This document shows, piece after piece, positions 42,036 through 55,408 of a stretch of 64,000 nucleotides of DNA. The stretch is from Octopus vulgaris (taxonomy: Eukaryota): NCBI GenBank assembly GCA_951406725.2, contig OX597817.1:82956001-83020000 (forward strand), written 5' to 3'. The notes under the pieces are model-generated. The model was not told the DNA's origin, did no database searches, and was given only the letters and a program-made list of their open reading frames with translations. Within the stretch, counting starts at the first letter, position 1. Each line of letters begins with the position of its first letter. The position numbers and the translations under genes are program-made.

Positions 42036-42648
42036 AATCCTATATCAAATTAGGCGAATTATAATGGCTTGTTTCGTAACAGTATTTCAGTTTGCAAATA
42101 TGCAACTATTGGTGAAGGTGGGCATCATTGACTAATTTCAATAAGATAAAAATAGGTCAGAAGCTGTCTCTAGCTTGCTACCAAAGATATTTCGCTTGGA
42201 GCAGGAAAAGTGAAATTCATTCTGAATTTCTTCAAATTAAGTCAGCCGTACTTCGAAAGTCACCCGTAATTTCTTATTGATTTTTCTGTTTTTGTTTCTC
42301 TGATTAGCAGGTAAATTTCAATTAATCGATAATTATTTGGTTAGGTAATTCTAGCCTACGATTGAAAAAAAATGGTGTAAATAATTATATGATCATTAAA
42401 ATGGATTTTAAATCGCTAAAATAAGATCTTTTATATTAAAAGCATATACAATGTATAAATATATATGCGAATGCATACGTTCAGACATATATATCGAATT
42501 TGGGTAAATGAGTATAAAATAATATATCAATTGAATAAAGTTAGATGATCTGGTTTAAACATTTTTCATTATTGTATATTAGAAATTGTTTTTACAACGT
42601 TCAAGTGTGTTAAACATTAAACAATATTTCGTAATGTTTATAAAGTTC

Positions 42649-42687
42649 AATTAGCGCTTTCATACGTTCGTAATAATCATCAGATTT
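42649..42687 (-). ncRNA. Minimal hammerhead motif in the Penelope 3' repeat
   Basis: Minus: aat-CTGATGA-ttatTACGaaCGTAt-GAAA-GCGC-TA-att; palindromic helix III, short helix I. Confidence 0.65.
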
Positions 42688-45242
42688 CAAAAAATATTTA
42701 ACTGATAGTTGAGTTCTTGTCAACTGTAGCAAAATGACTGACTTCCTTTTTATATCTTTTAGTACGCTCCAAGAAGCTGAATTATTTGAATACGGTTTTG
42801 ACCAACCACCATGCAGCTTAAACATCACGGTTCGCCGGGCGCACCGATATTACTAGCAAAGATCCTGCCTTTATTTCAACCAATTAGCTTGTGGTTCATA
42901 TGTAATGGTTTCATGAGTGAGCATAGTTGCCATCGGGAAATTTTTTTGTAATTTGTTTATATTCATATGTTAAAGATATTTTTTAATACACATCATTAAC
43001 TGGTTGTTATACTATTGCTATTATTTCCGTTAAGAACAGATTTGAGCATTTTAATAATTTATCTTTCTCTCGAAAGCATTTATCTTTCTCTCAACCTCAC
43101 TTGTGTCATGTAGTTTGTGGAAAGGAACAAGTAGAAACATTTTTTGACCACATGTTTCTGTATGTTCTCCCAATGGAATTTAGCGAACATTAGTGTTCCG
43201 GATTTGTTGTCTGTGGACTCGTGGGCGTTGCAATAATGCATTCCCTGTCTTTGTAATATATAGTTCCTCGCAATTAGGGCATTTAATGCAGTAGATCAAA
43301 TTTCTGCTATTGCAGTTCATATCTGCGTTTGTGAAAATTTGTCCATTTTTTGTTCTTATAGATCTAACATTATACATGTATTGGCACATTCCACATCTGT
43401 TATCATTACACTTGGATACTGTGAATGTTTTACCCTGTTTGCTCATATTGAATTTCGTCTTTGTTAGTAGTTTCATTAGGTTATGTGGTAGCCTTTTGCT
43501 AATGACAAGTGTTTGATTAGTCATGAAGTTTTTAGAATTTTTCACTGTTTCATGATTGGCAAATTAGTTCTGATAAAGTTTAAAATGTTTTGATAATGCG
43601 GTTTGCATGTTACTAGAAATGGTATTGTGTTCCGTTTATGAATTCGTCTTTCTCGTGTTGCCCTAAGTTGTTCTATAGGTTTCTCTTTTGCTCGTTGTAT
43701 GCTATTTTCTATAAGTAGACGAGAGTATTTTTGCTTGAGCAGGAATCTTTTGAGATCTATATGTTTTATGTTCCTGATATTTGGTTCATCTACTGTAGTA
43801 CAAAATGTCCTGGCTAGAGAGTACGGGATGTTTTGTATGTGTTGGGTGGCATGATTTGAAATTTAGGAACTGGTGTACATTAAAGCTTTTGTAATAGATA
43901 CCAGTTGTACTTGTGGTGTTGTTTTTAATTACTGTTATGTCAAGAAATTCTAATTATGTGTTGTTCATTTTTCTTGTGAATTTAAGACTAGGGCGTTGAT
44001 TATTGAGGAGGGTGCTAAATTCTTCCAGGTTTGGTTGAAACTAGGAAACAGTCATCCAGGTATCTTTTCCATGTGTCCTCTATATGTCTTCTAAAAGCCA
44101 TGCCATAGCTTTCTTCAATTTTTTATATAGGTTTTGTTCCAAGTATCCCAAAACTGAGTTCGATAAAACTGGAGCAAATAGCGTCCCCATAGCTGTGTCT
44201 CGAATTTGGAGGTAGTTTCTTTTTCCATTGACCACGTCTAGTATGAAGGTTACAGTAAATCTACTGGGGATCACTTCTCTATGTTTCTCGACCCAATATG
44301 TTATGGCAGTAATTTCAAAATCGTGTCGAATATTTGTATATAAGATTGTTAATCAAATTTAACAGTGAATTGGAATCTGTTGTTTGGGCAGATATGACAG
44401 GAAATCGATGTCATCCCGAATGAAACTGGTTATGGGACTACATAGTAGTTTTAGGATAATGTCAATGAAGTTCCTCAGATGATGTGTACGACAGGCTGGA
44501 GCAGCTATAATGGGACTTAGTTTAAGGTATTTTGGTTGTAGTAGTTTTATTTATTCACTGCCTTGTTCCTTTGCATTTCTTTTGAGTTTTGTATTTTAGA
44601 TAAGATATAGAAGTTGCTGAATTTCGACTCACAATTGGTAATATAGTCCCTTTCATTAAAAATGAGGGAGTAATGTTTTAAGACTAAATAATTGGGGTTT
44701 CTTCATGATGCGGTGGTCAATGTTTGAGGGTATTTCACAGTAGAATGTTGTATCCTTCAGATGATCTTCTTCAATTAGATCCCAGTAATATTCCGTATCC
44801 GCTTATTTAATGATAATTGTGTTGTCAATTTTAAGATGTATAGGGGCAGACTTTTCTAGTTTTGAAATGTTTGGTCTGACGTTAATGTTATGACTCAGTG
44901 GAAATCTGTAGAGGATATCAATGAACTGATCGAGTTGTGTATTTCGTCCTTTTGGCGGATTACATTTTGATTTGTTTTTCGCCAAGGGTACATCATCCTC
45001 ATTTTTGTATCAGTATAAAAACTCCACAAGTCGTAGTTTCCGACAAAAGTATTGGATATCTTCCTCCAGTTCCGGATTGTTGTCTGTAGGTGTGAATTTT
45101 AGTCCTTTCATCAATAATCAATGTTCCCCACTGTCTATATTTCTTTTTGACAGATTAATAATTTTAGGGTCTACCCTATCAGTAGATCTACAGTTGTTTT
45201 TCTTGTCCTGTTTGCTGTCCTGATCCTAAAAATCAGATTCTC

Positions 45243-45353
45243 TTTGGTCTATTATTCTGAATACATTCTTTTTTGTCTATTCTGTTATTTTTGTCTATTA
45301 TTCTGAATAGTTTTTTTTTTGTCTATTCTATTATTTTTGCCTATTATTCTGAA
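45243..45353. repeat. Short tandem repeat (tttgtctatt[att]ctg) in the Penelope 5' region
   Basis: About six imperfect copies read directly. Confidence 0.7.
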
Positions 45354-46385
45354 CGAAAATATCAATAATAATATAACAACCAATTAATGATGTTGATTAA
45401 AAAAACATCTTTAGCATACGAATATAAACAAATTACAGAAGACTCCGACCGACTAAAATAAAAAAGGTCGAAGCCAACTAAGCTTTCTCACTCATAAAAC
45501 TATTACATGTAACCGTAACCTAATATGTTGAAATGAAGGCGGTATCTATGCCAGTAATATCGCTGCGCCCGGCGAACCGTGAGATTCAAGCTGCATGCTG
45601 ATTGGTCAAAACCGTATTCGAGTAATTCAGCTTGTTGGAACGTTCTAAAAGGTATAAAAAGAAAGAAGTCAGTCACTTCACGACAATTGTTATTGTGGGT
45701 CGACGCACAATAACATGATTCTTTAAATTTATAAAAATATTTAGCAGAATAAACATCAATACATGCGGGAGTGATAAAGAAACGAGGAAGGTTGTCTTTG
45801 GATGTGCTGGAAACAACAGTCAAATCGCCCTTAAATCCCTTTTCCCTCTGAAAATATTCACTATTAAATTTTTTTTACCGAGAATGCTCTTCCCATGGTT
45901 TTGAAGCGCAGAAAAAAGAAACTTTGAACAAAGTAGGTCCGGAGCGGGGTGATGAAGAAGGAGGGGGTTTGTAAAATAAGAGTTTTCAAAATTTTTTCCT
46001 ACAAAGATACCCCGCCAACCCCATCATTTCGAAGGGGAAACATTTTCCCCACAAATTTCTTTAAAATCTTAATTTATACCGTTTGAAAGGTATTTGTGTA
46101 GATTTTCATTAAAATAAACCCATTTTCCCGAAATTTATGACGGAAAAAAGCAGATCATGTGACTTTTCCAAAACTCCTCTCTCCAACACCTCAGAAAAAT
46201 TCTTTCCCATAAATGCTTATATACTCTGAAGCCATAACATCTAAGCGGGATTTGCAGAAAGTTTTATAAAAAAGCATCCATTTTGGGGGCGTATACATCT
46301 GTAGTAATTTATACGACATTTTATTTACACGACATTTTCATTTCATGTTTATTTCATCCATTGTTTGCAATGTAATCTTCCCCTC

Positions 46386-46422
<37 letters not shown>

Positions 46423-46711
46423 TCGCACACACACTGCAAAGCTTACAGATGGGCTGCTGAATTGTAATCTCTATGTTACTCTGAGAGGAAGGTCAAACTT
46501 TACAAATTGGTTCTCTCTCCGTTGCTGGCCTTCTGTAATTGTTTAAAAGAGAGAGATTATGACTGTGATAAAATAATGAAAGCAATATTTACTAAGCAAA
46601 TGTGCACTATTATACAAAGAAATAATTAAACGTCAAATCTAAAAATTATTAGAATTGAGAAAATATTATCAGGGGGCTAGCAGAAAACCGGCCGGAGGGT
46701 GGTCTTTCTGC

Positions 46712-46763
<52 letters not shown>

Positions 46764-46764
46764 A

Positions 46765-46798
<34 letters not shown>

Positions 46799-47760
46799 CT
46801 ATATGTATATATATATAGTAGAAATATGTTACAAAATGAAAATATAAAATACACGTGGAAATGTAAGGGTAAAATATGAAAAATCAACGAAAATGCACAT
46901 TGCAAATAAAAAAGGCTTTTTATGACAGGTAACGATAAATATATACATTTAGATGGACTGAGGTAGTAATAAAAGTCATAAAAGTCATTATTATGAGATG
47001 ATTATAAGATGATAATAAAGTAAGAGAACAAAGCGAACCATGGTTTCGGCAAATCTATTCATCGCTTTGAAAACACCGGCTAATACACGGTGTCAGGTCT
47101 AATAGTTCCTGAGAAAAAAAGATTATTTGTAAGGGAGGTAAGTAGTTCTGGATTTAGAGATGTGAGTGGTGTGGGAAGTGTATAGGGGTTAGTGGTTTAA
47201 ATTGAAGGGTTAGTGGTGTTCTGTATTGAGTTGTGTGTTCATATTTAGTTGGGGTGATATTTATTGAGGAAAAATGCCTCTTTATTCAACTTATAAAGTA
47301 GTCTCTATCATTATATATAATTTAACATTCACTATTGGTATCCCTACTCTTTCTGTTAGCTACTTATGACGTTATATCATATAACGTTTTTTTAAACAAT
47401 ATTAATAGCGTTCTGTCTATCGCTATACAAATCCATAATTTTTTGCTAAAATGTCATATTGACGAGTTTCGCTTTTTTCACTTTCCTGAGGATAAGATTG
47501 CATTGTTTATGCCATTTATTCTTTTGAATAGTATCAGTGGAATTTTCGAAACATGTGTCGAAAGTAAAAATATTTGATTACACCTGCGTTAAACTCCATT
47601 TATTTATTCATATATTATTCAAAATATTCAACGTAAACACGAAGTTTCTACCTTTATAAACAAGGAGTTACAACATCTTTACTTGTGTGATTTTTGCTAC
47701 CCTGGTAACTATTTATTTATTTTTTCCGTGTTAATTGTTAACAAGGTAAAAATACACTCA

Positions 47761-47793
<33 letters not shown>

Positions 47794-47795
<2 letters not shown>

Positions 47796-48594
47796 TGTAG
47801 GATAATTTTTTTTTTTTTCTTTTTCGAAAAAAATTTTATCTATGGCCAGCATATTAAAAAATACCTTTAAAGGCTAAATTTTTCTAATTCAATAATAATG
47901 GCAAACGAAAAAACTTCTAATGCCAAATATGCCGAAAAATTGGACATATTGTCCATTAACCATATACTTTTTTCACAATATGCACGCTACTTGAAAAATT
48001 ATTAGCATATTGGACCGATTTCAGGGTTAGCTCATAAGAGCCCTCCCTTCGTCAGTGATGAATGTGGTCAAAGAAATAAATGAGATACTTACTCATACCC
48101 ATGGAAGAAGTAAACACTAAGTCATGAGCACAGTTAAGTACCCCAAATACTTCCAAAATATTGTATGATTGGCCATTGATAAAATACTGGCCATTGATAA
48201 CATTTTTTTCGAAACAGAAAAAAATTTAATCCTACATTATCCGGACTCTCTCAGTTCAAATCGCACGTGTCTTGAATGGGCTGGAGTATTTCTATTTTGG
48301 ATGTATTTGAGGTACTAAATTGTGCTCATGACTTCGTGTTTGCTTCTTCCATGAGTATGAGTAAGTATCTCATTTATTTCTTTTACCACATTTATCACTG
48401 ACGAAGGTAGGGCTCTTATGAGCTAACCCTGAAATCGGTCCGATTTGGTAATAATGGAATTTTTTAGAAATTTCTGTCGACCTTTTTACAGGTAGCGTGC
48501 ATATTGTGAAAAAATTATATGGTTAATGGACAATATGTCCAATTTTTCGGCATATTTGGCATTAGAAATTTTTTCGTTTGCCCTTATTTATGAA

Positions 48595-48600
<6 letters not shown>
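47794..48600. mobile_element. Inverted, circularly permuted hammerhead-bearing element
   Basis: 47796-47853 pairs with 48185-48236; 47885-48150 pairs with 48300-48600; hammerheads at 48001-48060 (-) and 48392-48451 (+). Confidence 0.82.
48392..48451 (+). ncRNA. Type-I hammerhead ribozyme
   Basis: ttatca-CTGACGA-AGG..GCTCttatGAGC..CCT-GAAA-TCGGtCCGA-TT-tggtaa. Confidence 0.78.
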
Positions 48601-48630
<30 letters not shown>

Positions 48631-48633
<3 letters not shown>

Positions 48634-50015
48634 ATCAAGAGTCTATATAAGGTGATTCCACACAGCGAAGGAGTTTTTTGTACTTCTAGACACTTTCTAG
48701 ACCTTCGACCCAACCCCTAACCTGACACCGCCACACTTCTTCGTCTGGCCGAACTTGTTCTCTCCCTCAAATGCTTTTCGTTCGCGGGGGATTTTTACGA
48801 GCAGTATTCTGGAGTTACCATGGGAACGAGAATGGGCCCCAAATGTGCGAACCTGTTTCTTGGCTACGTTGACGACTAAATATTCTAACGATTCATGCTA
48901 CCACTCCCGAACTATACGTTCGTTATACTGATAAATGTATTGGTGTGACATCACTCTCTCGCGAACAAGTAGATTCCTTCATCACTTTTCTCCAATCCTT
49001 CTTTTCTGCCCTCGAATTCTCCTGCACTATTTCCAACATTTTCGTCGCATTTCTCGACATTTCTGTCAACATGAACCACTCAGCTCTCACTATCTCCGTC
49101 TGCGCACGCTCTGCAGTAACAACCATGGCTTTGAGATAGTCGCAACTCATAGCTCGCCACTTCAACCTTCGTGGATATCCCCTTACCAATCTCCACACTG
49201 GCCTTGCTACAACACGTTCCGTGGACCGTACCTTTGCTCTCTCTCCCCGCAGCCGCCCTATCATTTACCGTCTCCCGTTTCCTCTCACCAATCACCCCTC
49301 CACCTTGCCCCGCCTGGCGACTCCAGTCGGACTCCTCCACCTCGCACATCTTTGCTAATCTATCCCTTCTCCCCTTCAACCGAGCCCATAACCTGCGTAA
49401 CCTCCTGATCCACAGTTTCTTCCCTAAACCCACCTCTGAACCTGGCTCGTTCCCCTCCTCTTGCCCACGCTGCCGTAATTGCCCCACCTCCCCAACACCA
49501 ACATCCTCACACACACCCATCATCGTCCCTATTATATCACCGACTCCTTTACCTGCACTTCTAGGAACGTCATTTACTGCATCCCCTACTCTTTCTGCAC
49601 TTCTCTGTACATCGCTGAAACGGGACGCCACTTGGTTCGAGACATCAAACTCGGCAATAACACCCCGGTCTCGCGCCATTTCCGTTCTACTAGTCATTCA
49701 CTACAACACCTGTCTATGTTCAGATTGTATTTGCACAGGGGACATCCGAATTCCCGCTTTCTCCGTGAACAGAAATTAATCTTCTCTTTTCGCTCCTTTG
49801 CGCCACATGGCTCAAATCCCTCCTCTCTTCCGCTGACTCCCCTCCTCTCCTCTCTGCTTCTGACACCTGCTTCCTCTCTTCGTACCCTACATCCCCACCC
49901 TCACACCCTGCCTCCACATCCCCATACCACCCTCGCACGGACAGTCATGTTAAAGTGGCCACGAATATTACTTGTCAGTACATCTACTGCGTTGATCTCT
50001 TAGATTTTAGAACTA
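48631..50015 (+). mobile_element. 5'-truncated degenerate Penelope-like element (RT + GIY-YIG)
   Basis: LAELVLSL..FSF...YEQYSGVTMGTRMGPKCANLFLGYV, RYTD.CIG, VAFLDISV, RAHNLRNLL, DSFTCTSRNVIYCI..CTSLYIAETGR; C-rich sense strand. Confidence 0.92.
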
Positions 50016-50025
50016 GCGTATATAC

Positions 50026-50098
<73 letters not shown>

Positions 50099-52383
50099 TG
50101 AAAGAGAGAGAGAGAGAGAGAGAGCGCGAGAGAGAGAGAGAGAAATTTATAATAACATCGGAAAGTTAATATCTGACTTAGCAAATTTGAGATATAAGCT
50201 TGATAGTACACGTGATGCGATGTATTACAAACTTGTGCTCATATCAAATTAGTAGCTGTTTTGAGAATTTAAAAAATATTAGTAATCTTAGCGCAATCGA
50301 TACAATTAATCCTAGAGATAAAATATCATTAGCTTTAAAGGATAATTTCACAGATGATCAAACCCAAATATATGGCCAAACCATGAAAATAATTAAACGT
50401 CAAACATTTAAAAAACTGTAAATAATTAGATATCTCAAAAACAACAGTGCTACAGGTAATTATGTTGTGAGCCGTTTGCAAGGAAAACACCAATTGATTA
50501 ATTTCAATTGTTAAAAAAAATCATTAATTGCTGATACAGTTCTAATGTTTAGTTTTAACTTGTTTCATTATTTTTTCTCTCATTCATAGTTTCAGTTTGT
50601 TTTCATTTTGTATCGATCGATGTTTAAAGTTTAATTTTCAGATTGGTATCAAATTATTTTTTCAAATAGGTATTAAACCATTTTTTCTTGTTTTAACTAA
50701 AATGATTTTTTTCATTACATCTTAAATACTCTCTTGGAATTTTTCAATGGAAACGCCCGAATTTCTCGGATTTTTTATCAATTATGACCTTATAATCTAA
50801 CTGGCCTAGGCATATTCGTTGGATTAGCATGTTCGGTAGATTAGCGATTTTCTCATTTTATAAGTAACATATAATTGGATACTAACTCCCTCAATTGCAG
50901 AGACTTAATACATCCAATACGTTGAACGTGTATCATATCCGAGGAAATCTTTATGTGGCCGGATAGAAATGGCAGTCAAATATCCTTTATATTATACTAT
51001 TTGCAAAAAAGATGGGATGTTACGACTGGAAAATATTAAACATCAAGTTTCTCAGTAATGATTGACTTCGGCCTCAATAACAACAAAACAGAAATAATTA
51101 ATACGTAACATCGCATGTTGCATGAATAATCGGTTAGCTACAATGACAAATATACTGAAATTTAAATATTTCATTTGAGCAGAAGTTATGTACTATTTTA
51201 AAATCCAGTTCGCTTTGGGGAATAATAAAATAAATTTCCACTGAAAAGCGTAATTCCTGTTACACGTTCAAAAGCGAACCAAATTAGTTGTGCTGCAAAA
51301 TATAATAAAGTTTCAGGAATTTTGCTGTAGTCAGATATTCCTTTTATTTGAATATAATGCAAAAATTTAAAACCTGAATTTACAATAGACTGAAACCAAA
51401 ATTGGGTTATCCACAAGAATGCCACTCAAAAGCCTTCGCCAATCAGATTGCAATGTCATAATTGATGAAGCGTTCAGCTGATTCATATATTTTTTAAATA
51501 TCTTACACTGACATATCGATAATAATTATCATTCTATATATTTTACGTTCAGAATGATATTTACTTTGGCAATATAGCTGTAAGTTATCTAAAAGTTAGA
51601 GTTTATATTTTGCTTGTTTAGAGGGAGTATGAAAAGCTGTTTTATATAGACTTCTAGGATATCTGTACTTGCATAAGATCACATATTTTAGTAAGAAAAC
51701 TGTTGTTCGAACTATCAGTGTTGCTTTATAGAAAAGTGTTACGATGCGTAAGATTCGTTCTTATTTTTATTACATTAACTATACAAGAAAATAGGAAAAC
51801 TAAACCAAATATTTTGGCGCAACACTAAATATAAGTGATGGTTTGCAGGTTATTTGCATTTTAGACATTAGGCGAAGTACGCGAAGCCATCACGGGACGT
51901 CAATTATTATTATAGGATATTTAATATAATTACTTTTAAGGAACATTCAATAGTTATTTGTATGTCTGTCGAAAGTATGAATTCAATTAAATCAAATTTA
52001 ACGTTGTTTATAAAAGTTATATAAAATAGTACCTGAAGATTGATAAATAAATAAAGAAATTATAATGGTATACACAGTATTTTCAAATGAGTATATTGAT
52101 TTAATTCCAGCCTGGCCAGCTTTCGCTCAAATTGATAAGTGTTTTGCTTAGCGATTTCTATATCGGAATAAACATTTTCAGCTTAGAACAAATCAGGTAG
52201 AAATACCGTCAGTGGCAACCCACCAGCTTTCTCAGTGAGCCCCTGCATTTGTATATGCACAAGTTTCTTGGCAAAGTTTTTCTTTGACAAAATATTAAAG
52301 CAACATTCAATAATTATGTATATAAATAATTTTGTGTGTATGTATATATGTATTACACACACAGACACACACACACACACACA

Positions 52384-52480
<97 letters not shown>

Positions 52481-52490
52481 GGATATTGTG

Positions 52491-52780
52491 TGGAGGCGCA
52501 ATGGCCCAGTGGTTAGGGTAGCGGACTCGCGGTTGTAGGATCGTGGTTTCGATTCCAAGTGTTTATTGAACGAAAACACCTACAGCTCCACGAGGTTCCG
52601 GCAGGGAGCCGTGGCGATGCCTGCTTTACTCTTTCGCAACAACTTTCTCTCACTCTTCTGTTGGCCTGCTCGCTTAGCCAGCGGGGTGGCGTCATTTGAA
52701 GGCTAAAATAATGCGAAGTGCATTGTGACCAGCGATGTGTAGAAACATCTGATAGCCTGGTCGGTTACGGTGACCGCGGT
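52491..52780 (+). mobile_element. tRNA-derived SINE, family B
   Basis: ggaggcgcaaTGGCCCAGTGGttagg...GGTTTCGATTCC; second, deleted copy at 63686-63810. Confidence 0.88.
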
Positions 52781-52793
52781 GATTATAGTTATT

Positions 52794-53037
52794 ACATTTG
52801 ACGGATATTTGTCCTCATCTTGTTTGTTGTTAACACAACGTTTCGGCTGATATACCATCTAGCCATCATCAGGTGTCTTCGGGAAATTCCTAAGGTATTT
52901 TTCGATGTTATTATTATTATTCGGGTCACTGTCTAGAATCGAACTCGGAATAGTAGTTCGCACTCTTAACCACAACGCCATATGCAATTGTGGAGTGAAT
53001 TTTAGGGATTATAAATCTAATATTCTCCTATCCTTCT
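52794..53037 (-). mobile_element. tRNA-headed hammerhead element (family copy 2)
   Basis: Minus: tRNA-like head, (TAA)n, then gacac-CTGATGA-tGGCT..AGCC-GAAA-CG-TT-gtgtt at 52832-52877. Confidence 0.85.
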
Positions 53038-53197
53038 TTGCAACTGCTTCAGATGCCAACATATCTAAAATGTTAAAGTGTAGTACAATGGTTTTGCAAT
53101 GGAATGGAGAAACTATATTTTCGTTTTCCGAAAGAGCAAACCATTTTGAACTTACGACACTTTTGCATAACATCCACAATATATCTATGTATGTATG

Positions 53198-53234
<37 letters not shown>

Positions 53235-53965
53235 GTGTGTGTGTTAAAGTGAAATATCTTAGAAGCCAATGCCAGGGAGCATGAGGTTCCACCCATACAA
53301 ATAGTAAATATATATAATGTGTTAATGGATACACATTAACAATTAAATTACTTCAAATAAAACTCATAATTAGACAACAAATTAATATTTCCTTTATTTT
53401 CCGGCCTAAAAGTTGCACAGAAAATTTCAACTATTTTACATATGTATATTCCTTTTAACCGATTACAATTTTCAAAGATATAATCACTGTGAACCATAGT
53501 AAATTGAATGAAAAGATTTCATTGTTTAATAATATATACTAATAGGTTTCCAAATATTCAATGGAATACTTGTGTAGTTATGAATATTCACGATCACTGC
53601 GGGGAAATAATAGATTAATAAATTTAATCAGGGAAAAATATGAGAGCTTTTGTAAAATCCATAAATGAGTTACGAAAGAAATACAAAAATCAATTTAATT
53701 TTAATATCATTCTAGCAAGATTTCGCTTTTCCTGTAAAACGTAACGAATGTGAAGTTAACGGCGCTTTCCCACTATGGCGTGTCAATATGGATATCGTGT
53801 TTTGTCTGATTTGTGATTTTCATATTGTTCATAAACACTTTCTAGAAGGCCATATTATTTCGTGGTTCATATTTAGTTAATATTCAATGTAACATTAATA
53901 TTGCACAATGTTAAAGAGAAAAACACATTACGAGATCAATCTATATTTAAGTAAACAGATTTATC

Positions 53966-54003
<38 letters not shown>

Positions 54004-54009
<6 letters not shown>

Positions 54010-54409
54010 CTATAAAATGAATATTGATATTTATATGTGTATTCGTTTGTATATGTATGTATATTCTAGGATCATAATCGTATATATACATATCCCAGAG
54101 CTCTACATATATCTATTTATATATTATATACATATACATATTGAGAGAGACAGAGAGAAAGAGACAGACAGGCAGACATATAGCTAAATATATACATACA
54201 TATATATATATATGTATGTATATATTTAGCTATATGTCTGCCTGTCTGTCTCTTTCTCTCTGTCTCTCTCAATATGTATATGTATATAATATATAAATAG
54301 ATATATGTAGAGCTCTGGGATATGTATATATACGATTATGATCCTAGAATATACATACATATACAAACGAATACACATATAAATATCAATATTCATTTTA
54401 TAGATATGT
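54004..54409. repeat. 406-bp spacerless palindrome (inverted duplication)
   Basis: Symmetry axis 54206/54207 inside (TA)n; no mismatch seen by eye. Confidence 0.93.
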
Positions 54410-54766
54410 GTGCGCACGTTTGTGGATGTATGCCTGTGTGTTTGTGTAAATGGTATCTGCTGTTTACATTGACAGAATATATAATTTTGAAGGTACAACA
54501 CGTAGATCAATAACAGCTGTTGACATTGGAAGCCTAATACAAGTATGGAAATCGTTATGTTCTTTCTATATTACTCGAGCTTGTTGTTGAAACAGTTCCA
54601 TTGTATTTCAGATATATATATATAAACACATATATACATACATACATACATATACACATACATATATACATACATACATATATACATACATATATACATA
54701 CATATATACATACATATATACATACATGCATACATAAATACTTACGTACATACATACATACATACA

Positions 54767-54817
<51 letters not shown>

Positions 54818-55239
54818 GGATTACATCACTATATTCATTCGGAGTACGCCATTTCTGTATCTTTGATTGTGAATCATTATAATTTTCCGTTACTCTTCCC
54901 CTTCACTTCTCTTCCTTTGATTTTACTTAAGGTCTTCCAGTTTTCTTCCTTTTACCTACTCCTCGCCATCACCCACACCTATATCTACACGCAGGCCTTC
55001 TCACCATGTCTAACTTTCATTCTTCACTTACTTCAAAAATGTAACTGCATGTGATGGTTGGCGACTTTGTCCTCTTTCGTCTTGGACTTTCCAGTTTCTT
55101 CCTGTTTCCAAAGAAGACCTACTCTTTTCCTTGTCCGAGTGTCCTATTAATACGTTGGTTTTTCCATTTTCCACGTCCAAACGTTTCTTTTTTTTCCCCT
55201 TTTCTGTTCAGGAATTTATATATATATATATATATGAGT

Positions 55240-55408
55240 CAATATTCAAATGAATACCCGTAAATATATTATCATCATTATTCTTATCAGTGGAAAATCT
55301 AAATAATAGTTAATTCACAGTTATATTAGAGGGTACTCGAGGCACCAGCTTGCTAGAAAGTAGAAGTAAAATGCCCCAACTTAACCAACAATCTCACTGA
55401 AAATATGA
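55240..55408 (+). repeat. Direct repeat of ~57822-58100
   Basis: Shared atattcaaatgaatac..gtaaa and ttatattagagggta..ggcaccagcttgctagaaa..tctcactgaaaata. Confidence 0.75.

Larger units (their letters stand above)
42600..45745 (-). mobile_element. Near full-length decayed Penelope-like element with inverted terminal repeats
   Basis: Minus ORFs: NPPKGRN..LDQFI, YLQIRDTAMGTLFAPVLSN (RT), NCNSRNLIYCIKCPNCEELYITKTG..LQR..VHRQQIR (GIY-YIG); 42700-42890 is the reverse complement of ~45520-45715. Confidence 0.92.

Noticed and set aside
45243-45353. CRISPR-like repeat array
   Set aside because: Eukaryotic context, short degenerate tandem units, no unique spacers and no cas genes.
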